Positions 1 to 14,427 of a stretch of 64,000 nucleotides of DNA are shown here, piece after piece. The notes beneath the pieces are model-generated. The model was not told the DNA's origin, did no database searches, and was given only the letters and a program-made list of their open reading frames with translations. Every line of letters starts with the position of its first letter. The stretch's first letter is position 1. The stretch comes from Octopus vulgaris (lineage: Eukaryota). The stretch lies in contig OX597824.1 in NCBI GenBank assembly GCA_951406725.2, positions 9,672,001-9,736,000 on the forward strand, written 5' to 3'. The position numbers and the translations under genes are program-made.

Positions 1-118
1 CTCACAGGGTTTTGGTTGGCGCCAGGTTATAGTAGAAGACACTTGTCCAAGTTGCCATGCTGTGGAACTGAACCCGGAACCATGTGGTTGGGAAGCAAGC
101 TTCTTAACACACGGCCAC
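1..118 (-). mobile_element. SINE family B, 5' head (cut by the window edge)
   Basis: Reverse complement of the head seen at 53498-53620 (gtggctgtgtggtaag...gttcagtcccactgcgtggcaccttgggcaagtgtcttct). Confidence 0.8.
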
Positions 119-719
119 ATGACTTCTTTCAGGCAGTGAACTATAACCACGACGGAGTGTAACATTAGAAGTTCAGTCGAACAACTTGGCCCCAGATGCT
201 ATTTCAATCTGGATAGAGTAACTGCAGATTTCCCAATAGTTCAGCATAGGTGTTCTCTTTTTCATTGATCTTCAGCTTTATGTTTTAACATCCTCAAGAT
301 GTTTTTTCCACCATTTTTTAATTCTATTCTGAGTTCAAATTTCAGCATGACCTACATTGGTAGAAATCGAATTCGGGTCAAGTCTCCAGTTTGAGAATAT
401 CTCGTATTTCTTCTCCAGTCCGTTTCGGAAAACTTATAAAGGGTCAATGGGCACTGCTTTTGTCCATTACCAAGATTATAAAACATATTTAAGATCAATA
501 ATGTTTGTATGAAGAACGAATCTATTCAAAAACTAAATAATGAACTATTCTTTAAATAGTGTAGTGTAAAATATACTTATTTATATGTCAGCTGACAATT
601 CTATTTCAATCATTTTTAATTTCTCCAGGGACCGTAATAAAGTCAAAATCCATAGAAGCAAATTTTTAAGGTTATGTACATGTGTGTGGAGTGAACTGCA
701 GTAAAGTGTAGTTCTTAAA

Positions 720-1104
720 TCTCTCTCTATATAAACGGCAGTTTGTCTGTGCGTGTTTCTGTGTGTCTGTTAGGTTGTACCCTCACCCTGACCACGGCTT
801 TCAACCGATTCTGATGAAACTTGACACACACATAGCCCAATGTCATAATTCAAAACTAACGCAGGGAAAATTTTGAAAAGTTCCCCCAGTTCTGAAAAAA
901 ATCGATAAATTCGACATGGGGTCGAGAATCAGAAACACGAACCACAAACTGTCTAGGGGACGCAACTCCACCTTTTTTAAATCTCAAAAAAAAATTTACC
1001 ATAATTTTTTTCCATTTTTTTGCTATTTTTTGGCTATAACTCTCTAAAAATGCTTTATAGTTATTTCCCTTACAAACCTGAGCAACGCCGGGCGATACTG
1101 CTAG
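720..1104 (+). mobile_element. Non-autonomous Helitron
   Basis: Starts TC (tctctctctatataaa) after an A and ends CTAG before a T. GC-rich subterminal hairpin-like cctgagcaacgccggg; no TSD. Confidence 0.75.
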
Positions 1105-1711
1105 TATGATATAAAATCATTTTCGAAATACCGACATATTGACAGAATGAACTCTTCTTCTGTGCCAATATTTTGGATTTTTTGTTCCTCTGCTGCTTTC
1201 TTAGACTGTCTTGTCTTGATTGTTTACATTCAAATAATACAACTGATTCCCTTTGAGACTTCACTGCATCAGTGATCTTTCGTCGCTACGCATTAATTTT
1301 CTAATCAACTGTCTTTACAAAACCACTCTTCATATACAACCCAATTGCAGATCTCTCTTTCTCCTTTTCTTCCCCTCTCTATTTCTCTCTCCCCCCTCTC
1401 TCTCTCTCTGTCCCTCTTTCTCCCCTATATCTATCTCTCCTTCTCTCTGATGTATTCATCTGTCTGCTTTCAAATCAAATTTGAAACGCATAATTTTCTG
1501 CCACTCGAGTACGAAAATGTGACAGGTCTGTAAGATTTAAAAAGAAATATACTAAAAGTTCAGCATTATAAACTTTAGTCTGAGAGGAAATTCCTCAGAA
1601 TTCCTGATATTGTGTCCAATGCAACCGGATAGCATATATGGAAAATAACAGCCCCGACAATGGTCTATTAACACATTCACCTCAAATTACGAATGGCCAA
1701 GTAACATTTTA

Positions 1712-1787
1712 AGCCCTTGTATTCAGCATTCGAAGTACCTCTCATATAGAGCCCTTGTATTCGCCTTCGAAGTTCCTCTCATATAGA
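1712..1787. repeat. Two-copy ~38-bp tandem duplication
   Basis: agcccttgtattcagcattcgaagtacctctcatatag followed by agcccttgtattcgccttcgaagttcctctcatatag. Confidence 0.8.
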
Positions 1788-2578
1788 CATGTGGTGCTGT
1801 AGCAAACAAGAACAGTTGGTACGGGCGCCGACAGTATTCCCCTTGTGAGCAACTCGCAAGGCTGATATCACAGTATTCTGCCCTCTTACAATACATCAAC
1901 GTTAAGTAGAATATAAAGGTTGCTTTTTGATATATGAATATATATTTGTGGGTGCATATGTGTATGGCCCTGTGCGTCTGTGTGTGTGTGTGCGAGCGTG
2001 TGTATGCATTACATATTACATATACAGAATAATACACGTTTCTTCAATCATGTAAAGTATACATGTGTGCGCATGCGTTATACCTCAAGTATATATCTGT
2101 AACTTGTCAAGAGAGCTAAATGCGTTCACCAATGACTATAAGACATCATTATTTTCTCTTTTAAACGCAGACACCCCTTCCACCTTCATTAATGCGAATT
2201 TCATTAGGATTGTAGAAATACTTTATGTAACATTTTAGTGAAATATTGATTAATAAATGATTATATTTATTTATAAACAATGTTTTCAGTTAATCTTCTG
2301 CGACTGATCGATATGTAGACATTGTTTCTCATTGAACATCACATTCGCAGACAAGAAACAGTGTTGAGCGGTTCTGTTAGTCCGTGAGTTGTTCCGAAAA
2401 TAAACCACTGTAAATCTCATACAAATCACACTGTACGTTCTTTACAATTGTGGGACACATTGGATACATTGTCTAAAACCATTTTTGGATAGTCATGAGT
2501 AGAACACTATGGATCATAGGCACGTACAGTCAAGGCATAACGGAGCCTAAATGGCAGCAACAAAAAATGTCATATAGT

Positions 2579-3218
<640 letters not shown>

Positions 3219-4859
3219 TAGAACTCTAACCAAAAAATACATTACCCAACGCTTCTTGTTTTTAGAATGTCTGGTTTGTAAATAGGTCAAGCTGTTATTC
3301 CTCACAGGTAGAACAACCACGTCGAGACTCCTTCATTTGTCACGTTTGCCTGCCATACTTTTCTCGCTCACTTTTATATAAACGGTTAATCATTTGCAAT
3401 GGCTGACGTCAAAATACGAGACTTAAAACATTGAAAGATTTCGTCGATAAACTCTTCTACGCTCCAATTGATCGACTAAACATTGATAGGCGGTGCCCAA
3501 GCATGGCCACACTCCAAAGCCTAAACGAGCAAGAGAAAAGAGGAAATAAAAGAATAAAGAAATTAATGTGAGAGTGCGTTTGCATTCATGTATCTAAGTG
3601 TGTAAATAAATGTTCTACTCTACTTAAACACTTGAGTGATCCTTCAGCTGTTTCACTGTTTTTGTAGCATTTTACATAAAAACCACGCATTTATATTTGA
3701 ATGTAAAGAGTAGATGAGTGCATGATAAGAATTATATTGAATCTATATTGTCAATAGATTAAATGAATGAATAATGATAAAAGAAAACCTGTCCATTACA
3801 CACTATACAATTTATCTCGTGATCGCATATAAATTGCCACAAAAGCTTGAAAGCTAATAGTGGAAAAACTGTCAAAGGAAATAGAGAATAAAGAGGAAGA
3901 TCAAATGTTCTGAGATTTTTAGGTTTGTCACCCTACCGCCAAAGATCGTCGTTTCATCCACGAATCTTTTCAATGCTTTTATACGCAGTGATAAATCTGA
4001 TAATCTAAGAACTTTTGAAGTCACACTGTATTTCATTGTCTGCGATTGATATGATTTTTTTTCGACCCCTGTATCTTTGCAAAAGGCATTTTACTTCCGA
4101 AATATTTGTTTTACGTTTATATAATAATTTGTTTCAGATGCTAAGATAAATTGCCTATTATGCACTGAAGGCCTTTTCTCATTCCTTCATGTAATCCGTT
4201 GACAATAATTTCACGCCCAATATAAATCATACTACAAACGTTCTCTTAAGCTGGTAAGGGACATGTTTTTAAGAATGAAAGGAGAGGGAAATCAATTTTA
4301 TTGCTGTAACAGTACCGCAAGTACAGAGAGGAAGAAAGCGCCATTATATCATGGCAACATAAAACCTCAAACGAGGACTTCACCATGTCAACGAAAATGT
4401 TGTTTACACTAATATTATATTCAAGTTGAACGACAAATAATGGTTTTATTGTACGAAAGCGTTCACAATGACTACTGAACGGTACTAAAAACTGGAAGAT
4501 GTAAAACGCATTGAAGAAAGCTATCGTATTTCCACACTCAGCAAAGTTATATCGGCTGCTCAAACGACTGTGAATTCAAAAATCAATGAGCGCCTGGAAC
4601 TTGAAAATACAGAGCTTAAAATATAAGAGATTTAATAAGCAGTGAGAGACACAATAATGGCAATGTAATGAGGGTGGGAAGGCTTTCAAGCTACTTCGTC
4701 ACTGGCGTTAGATGTTGGAAGGAAAGCAGAGCTGGGATTTGTGAGCTGTACATGGATGAAAAGTTTTTCATCATGGATACAACTAAAAACGATCAGCAAA
4801 TCCTCAGTATATCGTTGATAAAATAATCGCTGCATGGTTTAGGCGTTGTGGCCATTATT

Positions 4860-4898
<39 letters not shown>

Positions 4899-5109
4899 TT
4901 TCGACTGCTACAACTGCCCCTGGTTTGTATTTAGACACGGGTGGAAGACAGCACGGTATGATACGAACCAACAGAACCTGAACAAGCCTACAGGCAACAA
5001 CAATATCGAAAATTTCCAAACTCGCGTGATTTTCAGTTAACAGGTTATAAACGAGATAAATAAAGTATTATCGGTTACGCACACACACATATATATTTTT
5101 TTTTTTTTG

Positions 5110-5153
5110 CTGTAGTTTCAACTCATAGTTGCGACCATGCTGATGCACCGCCA
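5110..5153 (-). mobile_element. Very short CR1 3' tail fragment
   Basis: tagtttcaactcatagttgcgaccatgctgatgcaccgccat resembles 10582-10624. Confidence 0.5.
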
Positions 5154-5154
5154 T

Positions 5155-5510
<356 letters not shown>

Positions 5511-5680
5511 TATGTGCAGATTTGTATGTTTTGCTTTATGTATGCATTCTTGTGCATTTAGCTGCATATCTAGACTATGTATGTATGTAGGTTGGTAGGT
5601 AGGTAAGTAGGTAGTAAGGAAGGAAGGAAGGAAGGAAGGTAAGTACGTAGGTAGGTACGTAGGTAGGTAGGCCTAAGAAA

Positions 5681-5912
5681 AGGCGGCGAGCTGGCAGAAA
5701 CGTTAGCACGCCGGGTGAAATGCGTAGCTGTATTTTGTCTGGTATTACGTTCTGAGTTCAAATTCCGCCGAGATCGACTTTGCCTTTCATCCTTTCGGGG
5801 TCGATAATTTAAGTACCAGTTACGCACTGGGGTCGATGTAATCGACTTAATCCGTTTGTCTGTCCTTGTTTGTTCCCTTTGTGTTTAGCCCCTTGTGGGC
5901 AATAAAGAAATA
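5681..5912 (+). mobile_element. SINE family A, full length (tRNA-like head, Nin/Deu-like core, Tx1-like tail)
   Basis: A-box-like tggcagaaacgttag, B-box gagttcaaattcc, core gcctttcatcctttcggggtcgat..aagtaccag, tail ttagccccttgtgggcaataaagaaa. Many near-identical copies in the window. Confidence 0.9.
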
Positions 5913-6711
5913 GGTAAGTATAAGAAACCTACCCAGACCAGGAAATATATTTTTGCAAGTCTGCAGTACCAGCAACAAGAACTCGATTTTACAATGAACT
6001 ACTTTTCATACATATTTATATTGTTATTTACCTTTTTTTACAGACTTTGAAAATCTAGAATTATTTGTAAGTAGACAACTAAATAAATCCCAAATATTTG
6101 AGGTTGAAACGCAAACAAATGTTCTCATCTATTTCCAGAACATTTATTAAAGTAAAACTTACAAAAGCGTTTAAGAACAATTGACCAACAAACAAGCAAA
6201 TAAATATTGTTGTTTATTTTTAGACAAATAAAGAAACGAAACAATATATGAACTGTCATATATTCGATATTGAACCACAAACAAACGCTCTTGTTTATTC
6301 TTGCACGAAAACAAACTCAAATAAAACAACTTTCAATAGCGGATGTGAAATAAATGCCCTCGTCTGTTTTGACACGCTAAAAGTAAATAGATAAATAGAG
6401 AAATAAATAGAGAAATGATGTTTCTACAACAGTCGACATCATGATGAACAAATTGTCTGTCTAATATATATACCAAGACAAAAAACAAATTAACAGAACC
6501 TGTTTCCGTGTGTTTGGCACGTTAAAATGTAATGTATATTACAATTTAAATAGGTTTTTTTTCCCTTCCAAAGGTAGCAATACGTCTTACACATTTTTAA
6601 GAGAAAAATTATGTTTTACAAAATTGTAAAGATTTAAGAAGGAAAACCAAACTCCGGATATTTCCGGATTTTCATAAAGTATTCTTTAACGACAATAATT
6701 CAGATAAGAAA

Positions 6712-6942
6712 TATTTATTTACTGCCCAAAGGGGGCTACACACAGAGGGGACAAACAAGGACAGACAAACGGATTAAGTCGATTATATCGACCCCAGTGC
6801 GTAACTGGTAGTTTTTTAATCGACCCCGAAAGGATGACAGGCAAAGTCGACCTCGGCGGAACTTGAACTCAGAACGTAGCGGCAGACGAAATACTGCTAA
6901 GCATTTCCCCCGGCGTGGTAACGTTTCTGCCAGCTCGCCGCC
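6712..6942 (-). mobile_element. SINE family A, full length with ~16-bp TSD
   Basis: Reverse complement of the family A consensus, flanked by taattc(a/c)gataagaaa. Confidence 0.9.
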
Positions 6943-8627
6943 TAATTCCGATAAGAAAGATGAGATTAAAATTGTAGTTGAAGAAAATGGATAACAGAGC
7001 TATTTTGAAATGTTCCTTTTGGCAATATCCTTTTAAAAAATATTTTCAAATGTCAAAACTATATTTTTAGGTTTTTCTTGAACGGAATTTTATCAGAAAT
7101 TTCTTTAAATGTTTGAAAGTTGGCGTTGAATATTCTAATTATAACACGAATCACTGTATTAAGTCATTTCTTTCTTCTTTTTTTTTTTTTTTGTTAGTTA
7201 CCCCTTCAGAAAGAAAAACTGAAATTCCCTTAGGATACAGATATTAAAAAAATCTTGCCTGGCATGTTCTAAAGTCCATAAGCTGCAAAAGAAGAAAATA
7301 TATCCTCAATTCTGCGGAATGATACAACATGGCGTTACATAAACAAACAGACAGTCAGACAGTCAGACAAACAGAGTAGGGAAGAGAATGGGGGAAACGT
7401 TGAAACGGCAGAAACAGTTTGATGGCAGATAAGTCAACGCCAAATCAACGATGATAAATACGTTGTGCCAAAACGTCTTCGCTGAAACCCCTATTTCTGT
7501 GCCTACCATAAAAAGAGACGACTACGCTTTCAGAAATCTGGTACAACTGCGATATATAAAACTCTGAAAACTAAACATGAAGCGAATGTTTAATAATAAA
7601 ATTAAAATTATAATTCTAAAGCATGCATATCTGGTTTCAAATGAGTTTATAGATTGTTTTATTGTAAACAGTTTTTTGTTCTGTGTAAAAGAAAATAACG
7701 CTTCGAATTAGTTCGCAAGCTTCTGCCCGCAACGACTGCATTTTATATGTGTGACTACTTCTGTGTAATTGATGTAGGTAGGTGTGTCCGTTCATGTATC
7801 TGTACATGTTGAGAGCTTATGAATAGTGATGTGCTCCACAAAGGTTTTGCTGTACATCCATAAATTACGTTTAGCAAATGAGAGCAACGCTTGAATATAT
7901 ACGGTAAAAGCCAGTGTCACTACATACTTACATGCACACAGAATATTGTTATTATAAGATGGATACTTCTTGCTTCGGAATATTTTTCTTAACTTTGTAT
8001 ACATTAATGTCTATTTTCCTACATAAATATATATACGTGTGCATATGTATATATACATATGTATGCTTGTATATATGTAACTATGTGTGTATGTATGTAT
8101 GTGTTTATAGGTATGTGTGTATGTATATTCGTACACATACACCCACAAATAATTGCATATAATTCTATATATGTATATGCATATAAACACATATGTATAT
8201 GTATATATGTCAATACACACACGGACACACACACGCACATATATATAGGCATATGTAAATATATATATATATACACACACACATTCATTATTGATATATA
8301 AGATTGAAATTATTCATTCAAATATATAAATATACGAATAAATAAATAAATAAGAAGAGTGCCGATAATTTATTATAGAGATTTCGGGAAAATGGAATTT
8401 GAATTCGATCTAATAATAAAGTGTGTTTCAAATTGAAATCTAATATAATTTAATGTTGGAGAGTAAAATTATAAAATCGTTATGAATATATAAGGTACAA
8501 AACACATTAGATATATACATGTGTGTGTTTACGCACGCACAAGCCACTACACACATTTTTTCACTCCTTGGGAATCGATCCCACGATCTTGCAATCGTGA
8601 GTGCAGCACTTTACCCACATATATATG

Positions 8628-8685
<58 letters not shown>

Positions 8686-8714
8686 TATAAGTATGAAAAG
8701 GAACACACGAGTTG

Positions 8715-8901
<187 letters not shown>

Positions 8902-9752
8902 CTATAATTCCTCCAGTTAAAATATGAGGCGACAATTTCTAACGTATAATGATTCATGATTTTATACGAAGACCCTCGATCTACCATAAAGAGTATTCAC
9001 ATCTTCCCCAAATTTCTCCTTGAAGTTTTAAAAGTAAATGTCGCTGCCACTTCGAACTACAAATGATGCTGACGACCGGGTGGCATCTGAACATGGATTT
9101 CATTTCATTGATCAACGCTGACGGTAAACGAAGTAACACAAGAAACATGGTAGGATAGGAATCGTTGGTTCGCTTTGATAATTGGAAACACTTGTCTTTA
9201 ATACGTGGTTTTATTAATTCTGTAATGGTAGCTGTGGAAACAAGGAATCAATCGGAGTTTGTCAAAACAAAACAAATTTCATATCGTCTCGAAAATGGGA
9301 TTGTCGTGTTCATGGGAGAATTTGATGGTAACATTAATGAAACAGGCAATGCATATGTACGTACAGAAATAAAGAAGTAAAACAAGGACAAATAATATTG
9401 TTAAATGATACGCAAGCACACAAACATAACGCGCACACCCACAAACATAACGCACATGCACACATGTATGTATGTATATATATATATATATATATATAAT
9501 TTTATATCGAAACCGAAACTGAGTTTGGGAGTTTTCTCTCAAGTCGAGTTTCATGCCACTGCGATCTTTGAGCGAGAACAGTGACCTGAAAAGAATCATA
9601 AGAATAACCTTACACGTTTTCAATATAAAGAAATTTTGACCTCTACAACATATATTGTGCATTCCTTCCTCAATCGTTCGATATAACCCAACGTACACCG
9701 ACACACACATTCGCACTGACTTGCATATATATATATATATGTATGTATGTAG

Positions 9753-9965
9753 AAAGCATTAAATACTACAAAACGTACACGTAAGACTGACACAGAATGA
9801 CACTAATTTTTCATCAGTTATCGACTAATAATACTAATACTTAGTTTCGTGCTTTAACGTTAAAGGCACGAAACTAGGTGTTAGTATATTTGGTCAGTAA
9901 CTGATGAAGAATCAGGCTCCCTCTGTGTCTGTCCTAAGTGTGCGTTTTGTAGTAGTTAATGCTTT
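9753..9965. repeat. Imperfect ~210-bp palindrome, possibly an inverted Penelope-like terminus
   Basis: Arms align as reverse complements around tttaacgttaaa (~9853-9864); contains cgaaac and ctgatga. Confidence 0.75.
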
Positions 9966-10103
9966 TTTGGGGGCCTGCATTCACCTTTATTATTGATTCT
10001 GTTATTATCATTTTTAAATTGTTACACTAAATAATAAGAGAGTCAATGATATCTTATTCATTTTCTCTGTGAATTATTTGCTCCGTATTGAAATTATTTT
10101 CAG

Positions 10104-10239
10104 ACTGGTGGCTGCAACGATTCGGCGCAAAACGAATCAGTTGAAGCGCAGACTTCAACGTGACGGGTTGGCGCTCACCATCGTGGTAACGCGTGCTGAG
10201 GAAGGTGAGGCTATTATGCCAGTCCAGAAACCAGTCCAC
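10104..10239 (+). CDS. Candidate orphan internal exon (LVAATIRRKTNQLKRRLQRDGLALTIVVTRAEEGEAIMPVQKPVH), product unknown
   Basis: Acceptor ttattttcag at 10103, donor cac|gtgagt at 10240 (alternative gaag|gtgagg at 10205). GC-richer than flanks; one open frame. No recognisable homology. Confidence 0.25.
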
Positions 10240-10569
10240 GTGAGTCCAAATACTTGAATGTATGCTGAGAGATCACTTTAGCCCGTTTGTCTTGAGACGG
10301 TTGATTTCTGTAGTTATTATCAGTGTGTTTTGGCGATTTAAATAAGAATGTTCACTGTTATTTCCAGCAGGTAGATATACTTAGTGTGTCTTTTGGTTAA
10401 TTTTAATCCTTCAGCAATTTAATGCTTTTGTGGGCAGGGGCTGCATTCGCCTATTTTATAGATTCTGTTATTATCATTTATAAATTGTTAAACTAGATAA
10501 TAATAGAATCAATGATATCTTCGCAAATTAATTTTTCATGAATTATTTGCTCTGTATTGATATATATAT

Positions 10570-10848
10570 ATTTTTTTTATCTAGTTTCAGCTCACGAACT
10601 GTGGCCATGCTGGGGCACCGCCATTTGGTGTTGCTACATGATTTTACTTCACGAATGCTTTTTAGCAACTGCCATTTGATGCATGAGAGAGTTCGATGCA
10701 GCTGCCCTCATCTGCACCTCCTGCCGTGAAGTTGGTTCATCTGGGACACCTGACAAGAAGAGATCCAGTTTTATTTTAAAGACATCCGCATCCACCCCAT
10801 GCAGGTCTCTCAGGTTCTTCGGGAGGATATTGAAGAGCTGTGGGCCTC
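10570..10848 (-). mobile_element. CR1-clade LINE 3' end
   Basis: Minus-strand translation GPQLFNILPKNLRDLHGVDADVFKIKLDLFLSGVPDEPTSRQEVQMRAAASNSLMHQ is a typical CR1 ORF2 C-terminus. Followed by 3'UTR ggcggtgccccagcatggccacag..gctgaaacta. Confidence 0.85.
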
Positions 10849-11056
10849 ATATATATACAGAGTATGGGAGTCTAGTCCACAGGTGATCAAAACGACTAGA
10901 TATGCTAGGTAAGTACTGTAACGGATTACTAGGGCTCCAAGGTTGTAGCCGAGACATTAATTATGGAGCCATTTTATATTTCCGACATAGCAGATATATA
11001 ATTGTTAAAGACGACAACAAACATTAAGGCAAGGCACACATCTCAAGTCATTATAC

Positions 11057-11122
<66 letters not shown>

Positions 11123-11604
11123 ATGTATGTATATATACAAAAGACACGGACGGGTCATCTGAAGCCTTTAATCTTCAGTCAAGAACGGGATCATCCTCGT
11201 AATTTCGGCTGATTAATCTTGAGATTGTTCCAATCTGGCCAGCCCCAAGGAAAAACTAAGCCAAGAGCATTAGATTCCTTGAAAAAAAAGCATCGAATAT
11301 ATACGAAACAAGGACGGAAAAAGCGACTATGTTACACGAATATAAATACGAAAATAATACAAAAAACAATAATAATAATAATAACAGGACATAACAACTG
11401 GCGTCTTTCGACTGGGGAAGAATTGAATTCAGCTGGCGTGTTGGGAATTATGCCTTACGGCAGAGGAAAATTATCGATGTGACAGTGACCGTGGTCAAAT
11501 GCAAAGGGGCTAGTAGTCGGCCAACGGTCACGTGAGAAGAGAAGAGAGAGAAAAAGAGGAACAAAGGAATTAAGGAGGGGGAGAAAAGAGAGAAAAAGAG
11601 GACA

Positions 11605-12080
11605 TGCATACACACACACACTCATATATATATATACACACATAAATACATACGTACATACATATATACATACATACATACATACATACATACATACATA
11701 CATACATAGAAACAAACATACATACATACATACATACATACATACATACACAGAAACAAACATATATACATATATATACATACATATATATATATACATG
11801 CATACATACATACAAACATACATACATACATAGAAACAAACATACATACATATATACATACATGCATACATACATACATGCATACATACATACATACATA
11901 GAAACAAACATACATACATATATACATACATACAAACATACATACATACATACATACATACATAGAAACATACATACATACATACATATATACACACACA
12001 CACACACATAGATACATACATACATACATACATACATACATACACACAAACATACATACATACATACATACATACACACA
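11605..12080. repeat. (CATA)n-dominated microsatellite
   Basis: Direct reading. Confidence 0.95.
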
Positions 12081-12359
12081 AATACGTGCATATTTGTGAA
12101 ACAGTACACTAACAACAACAACAGCAACAGATGGAAACAAATTGTTCAGTAATATTTCCATGATAGAATTTGATTATATAAAATCTCAACTGACGATTGC
12201 ACTGAAAACCGCAACACCAATAATTTATAACAAACAAATAAATTTCAAAATTAAATGTAACTCTTGGTTTTGTCTTTTTTCGTTTTTAATGGACAATTCC
12301 GTGGCCTATCAGATGGAAAGTTTTGTCTCTTGTGACTATGTGTGGATATGTGCAGGGTG

Positions 12360-12726
12360 GGGAAGGATATGGTCGTGATAATTGTACCGGTGTAGGCGGT
12401 GATGGTGATGGTATTGGTGGTGGTGATGGTGATGGTAGCAGCGGCGTTGTCGGTGTTGGTGGTGGTGGTGATGATATTAGTGGTTGTGGTGGTGGTGGTG
12501 GTGATGGTGGTGGTTGTGGTGGTGGTGATGGTATTGGTGGTTGTGGTAGTGGTGGCGGAGGCAGCGTTGTCGGTGGTTGTGGTGGTGATGGTGATTTTGG
12601 TGGTGATGGAGGTGGTGATGGAGTTGATGTTGGCGGTGTTGATGCTGGTGGTCGTGGTGGTGATGCTGGGAGTGACGATATTAGTGTTGATGGTGATGGT
12701 GATGGTGATGATGGTGATGATGGTGC

Positions 12727-12773
<47 letters not shown>

Positions 12774-12815
12774 GGTGGTGGTGGTGGCCGCGGCGGTGTT
12801 GGTCGTCTTGGTGGT
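12360..12815. repeat. Degenerate (GGT/GAT/GTT)n trinucleotide tract
   Basis: Direct reading; gives Gly-, Val- and Thr-rich spurious ORFs. Confidence 0.85.
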
Positions 12816-13014
12816 GTAATATCAGGAATCGATTTAATTGTATGATGTAAATCAGAACTGATCATGGAAGGAAGGAAATAGCGAAGCTCGAAGAAGCTTG
12901 CTCTCGTCCGACAGGAAATGTGAGTTATGCCGGACAAAATGTTGCTATCGATCTGCATCTTGTCATAGTTTAAGTGATGCTAACCACATGATTGGCGCAG
13001 TTGGAAGGTAGAAA

Positions 13015-13238
13015 AGGAAATGCGAGGAGAAAAAGTAAGAGAAAGAAAGAAAGAAGGAAAGAAAGAAAATTATGATAGCAAAAAGTGATGAAATGATGAA
13101 AAAGGAAAGAGAGAAAAATAAGAAAGGAAAAGCGATGAAATCAGGAACTAATGAGAAAGAAAGAAAGAAAGAATGAAAGAAAGAAAAAAAGAAAGAAAGA
13201 AAGAAAGGAAGGAAGGAAGGAAGGAAGGAAGGAAGGAA

Positions 13239-13276
<38 letters not shown>

Positions 13277-13700
13277 ATGAAAGAAAGATAGAAAGAAAGA
13301 AAGAAAAAAGAAAGAAAGAAAAAAGAAAGAAAGAAAGAAGGAAAAAAAGAGAAAGAAAGGAAAAAGAAAGAAAGAAAGAAAGAAAAAAGAAAGAAAGAAA
13401 AGAATAAATGAAGTAATGATAAATGAAAGAAAGTAAATTCGAGAAAGCGATAAAGACGAAAGGAAGGAAAGAATGAAAGTAAATAGCAGGAAGAAAAATA
13501 AATGAAAGGATCAAAAAGAAAGAAACAAACAAACAAATAAAAAAAAATGAAAACAAAATAAATGCAAAGAAAATTAAACGACAAAGAAAAGAAAAAGAAA
13601 GATTATGCAAAGAGCGAACTGAGAGAAAAAGCGAGAAATTATGAAAATGAAGAAAAGAAAGAGAAAAGACTAAAAAAAAACATAAATACAAATTATAACA
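13015..13700. repeat. Purine-rich (GAAA)n/(GGAA)n low-complexity tract
   Basis: Direct reading. Confidence 0.9.
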
Positions 13701-14019
13701 AAAAAATGTAATAAAATCAATGAACGGAGAAAAAACAGCGGAGATCGAATGAATAAATAATATATTGGATATAAATGATTAATGACTGTAATGAATGAGA
13801 TGCGTAAAGAAAAAAACTATAAAAATTAAAAGCAAAAAATGAAGCAGAATGTTTAGATGAAAGGAAAAAAATATAAATAAAATGATTTAATACATGTTTG
13901 AGAAGAGAAGTCAGCTATCAAGTGGTTAGGTTTTCCTAAACAGCTTAAATTAATATCTTGACTATGGAGAAAATGCGGGGAGAATACCCGAGGACATGTA
14001 TATGGCATCGGGTATATAT

Positions 14020-14427
14020 ATATTTCCTTATTGTTCACAAAGGAGCTAAACATAGAGGGAACAAACAAGGTCAGACAAAGGGATTAAGTCGATTACATCG
14101 ACTCCAGTGCGAAACTGGTACTTTATTTATCTACCCCGAAAGGATAAAAGGCAAAGTCGACCTCGGTGGAATTTGAACTCAGAGCGTAACGACAGACGAA
14201 AAACCAATTTTTTTTACTACCCACAAGGGGCTAAACACAGAGAGGACAAACAAGGACAGACAAACGGATTAAGTCGATTACATCGACCCCAGTGCGTAAC
14301 TGGTACTTAATTTATCGACCCCGAAAGGATGAAACACAAAGTCGACCTCAGCTGATTTTGAACTCAGAACGCAGCGGTGGACGAAATACCGCAAAGCATT
14401 TCGCCCGGCGTGCTATCGTTTCTGCCA
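14020..14427 (-). mobile_element. SINE family A dimer flanked by a 76-bp direct repeat
   Basis: Two tandem family A bodies; flanks 13942-14017 and 14428-14503 are diverged direct repeats. Confidence 0.85.

Noticed and set aside
9165-9380. ORF with IVVFMGEFDGNI, reminiscent of the LINE endonuclease GDFN motif
   Set aside because: A single degenerate motif with no supporting flanking similarity.
12251-12958. Gly/Asp/Cys-rich (+) and Thr-rich mucin-like (-) ORFs
   Set aside because: Open in several frames on both strands because of GGT/GAT repeats; no signal peptide or splice support.
12963-13691. 242-aa Phe/Leu/Ser-rich membrane-protein-like ORF
   Set aside because: Antisense translation of a (GAAA)n purine tract.
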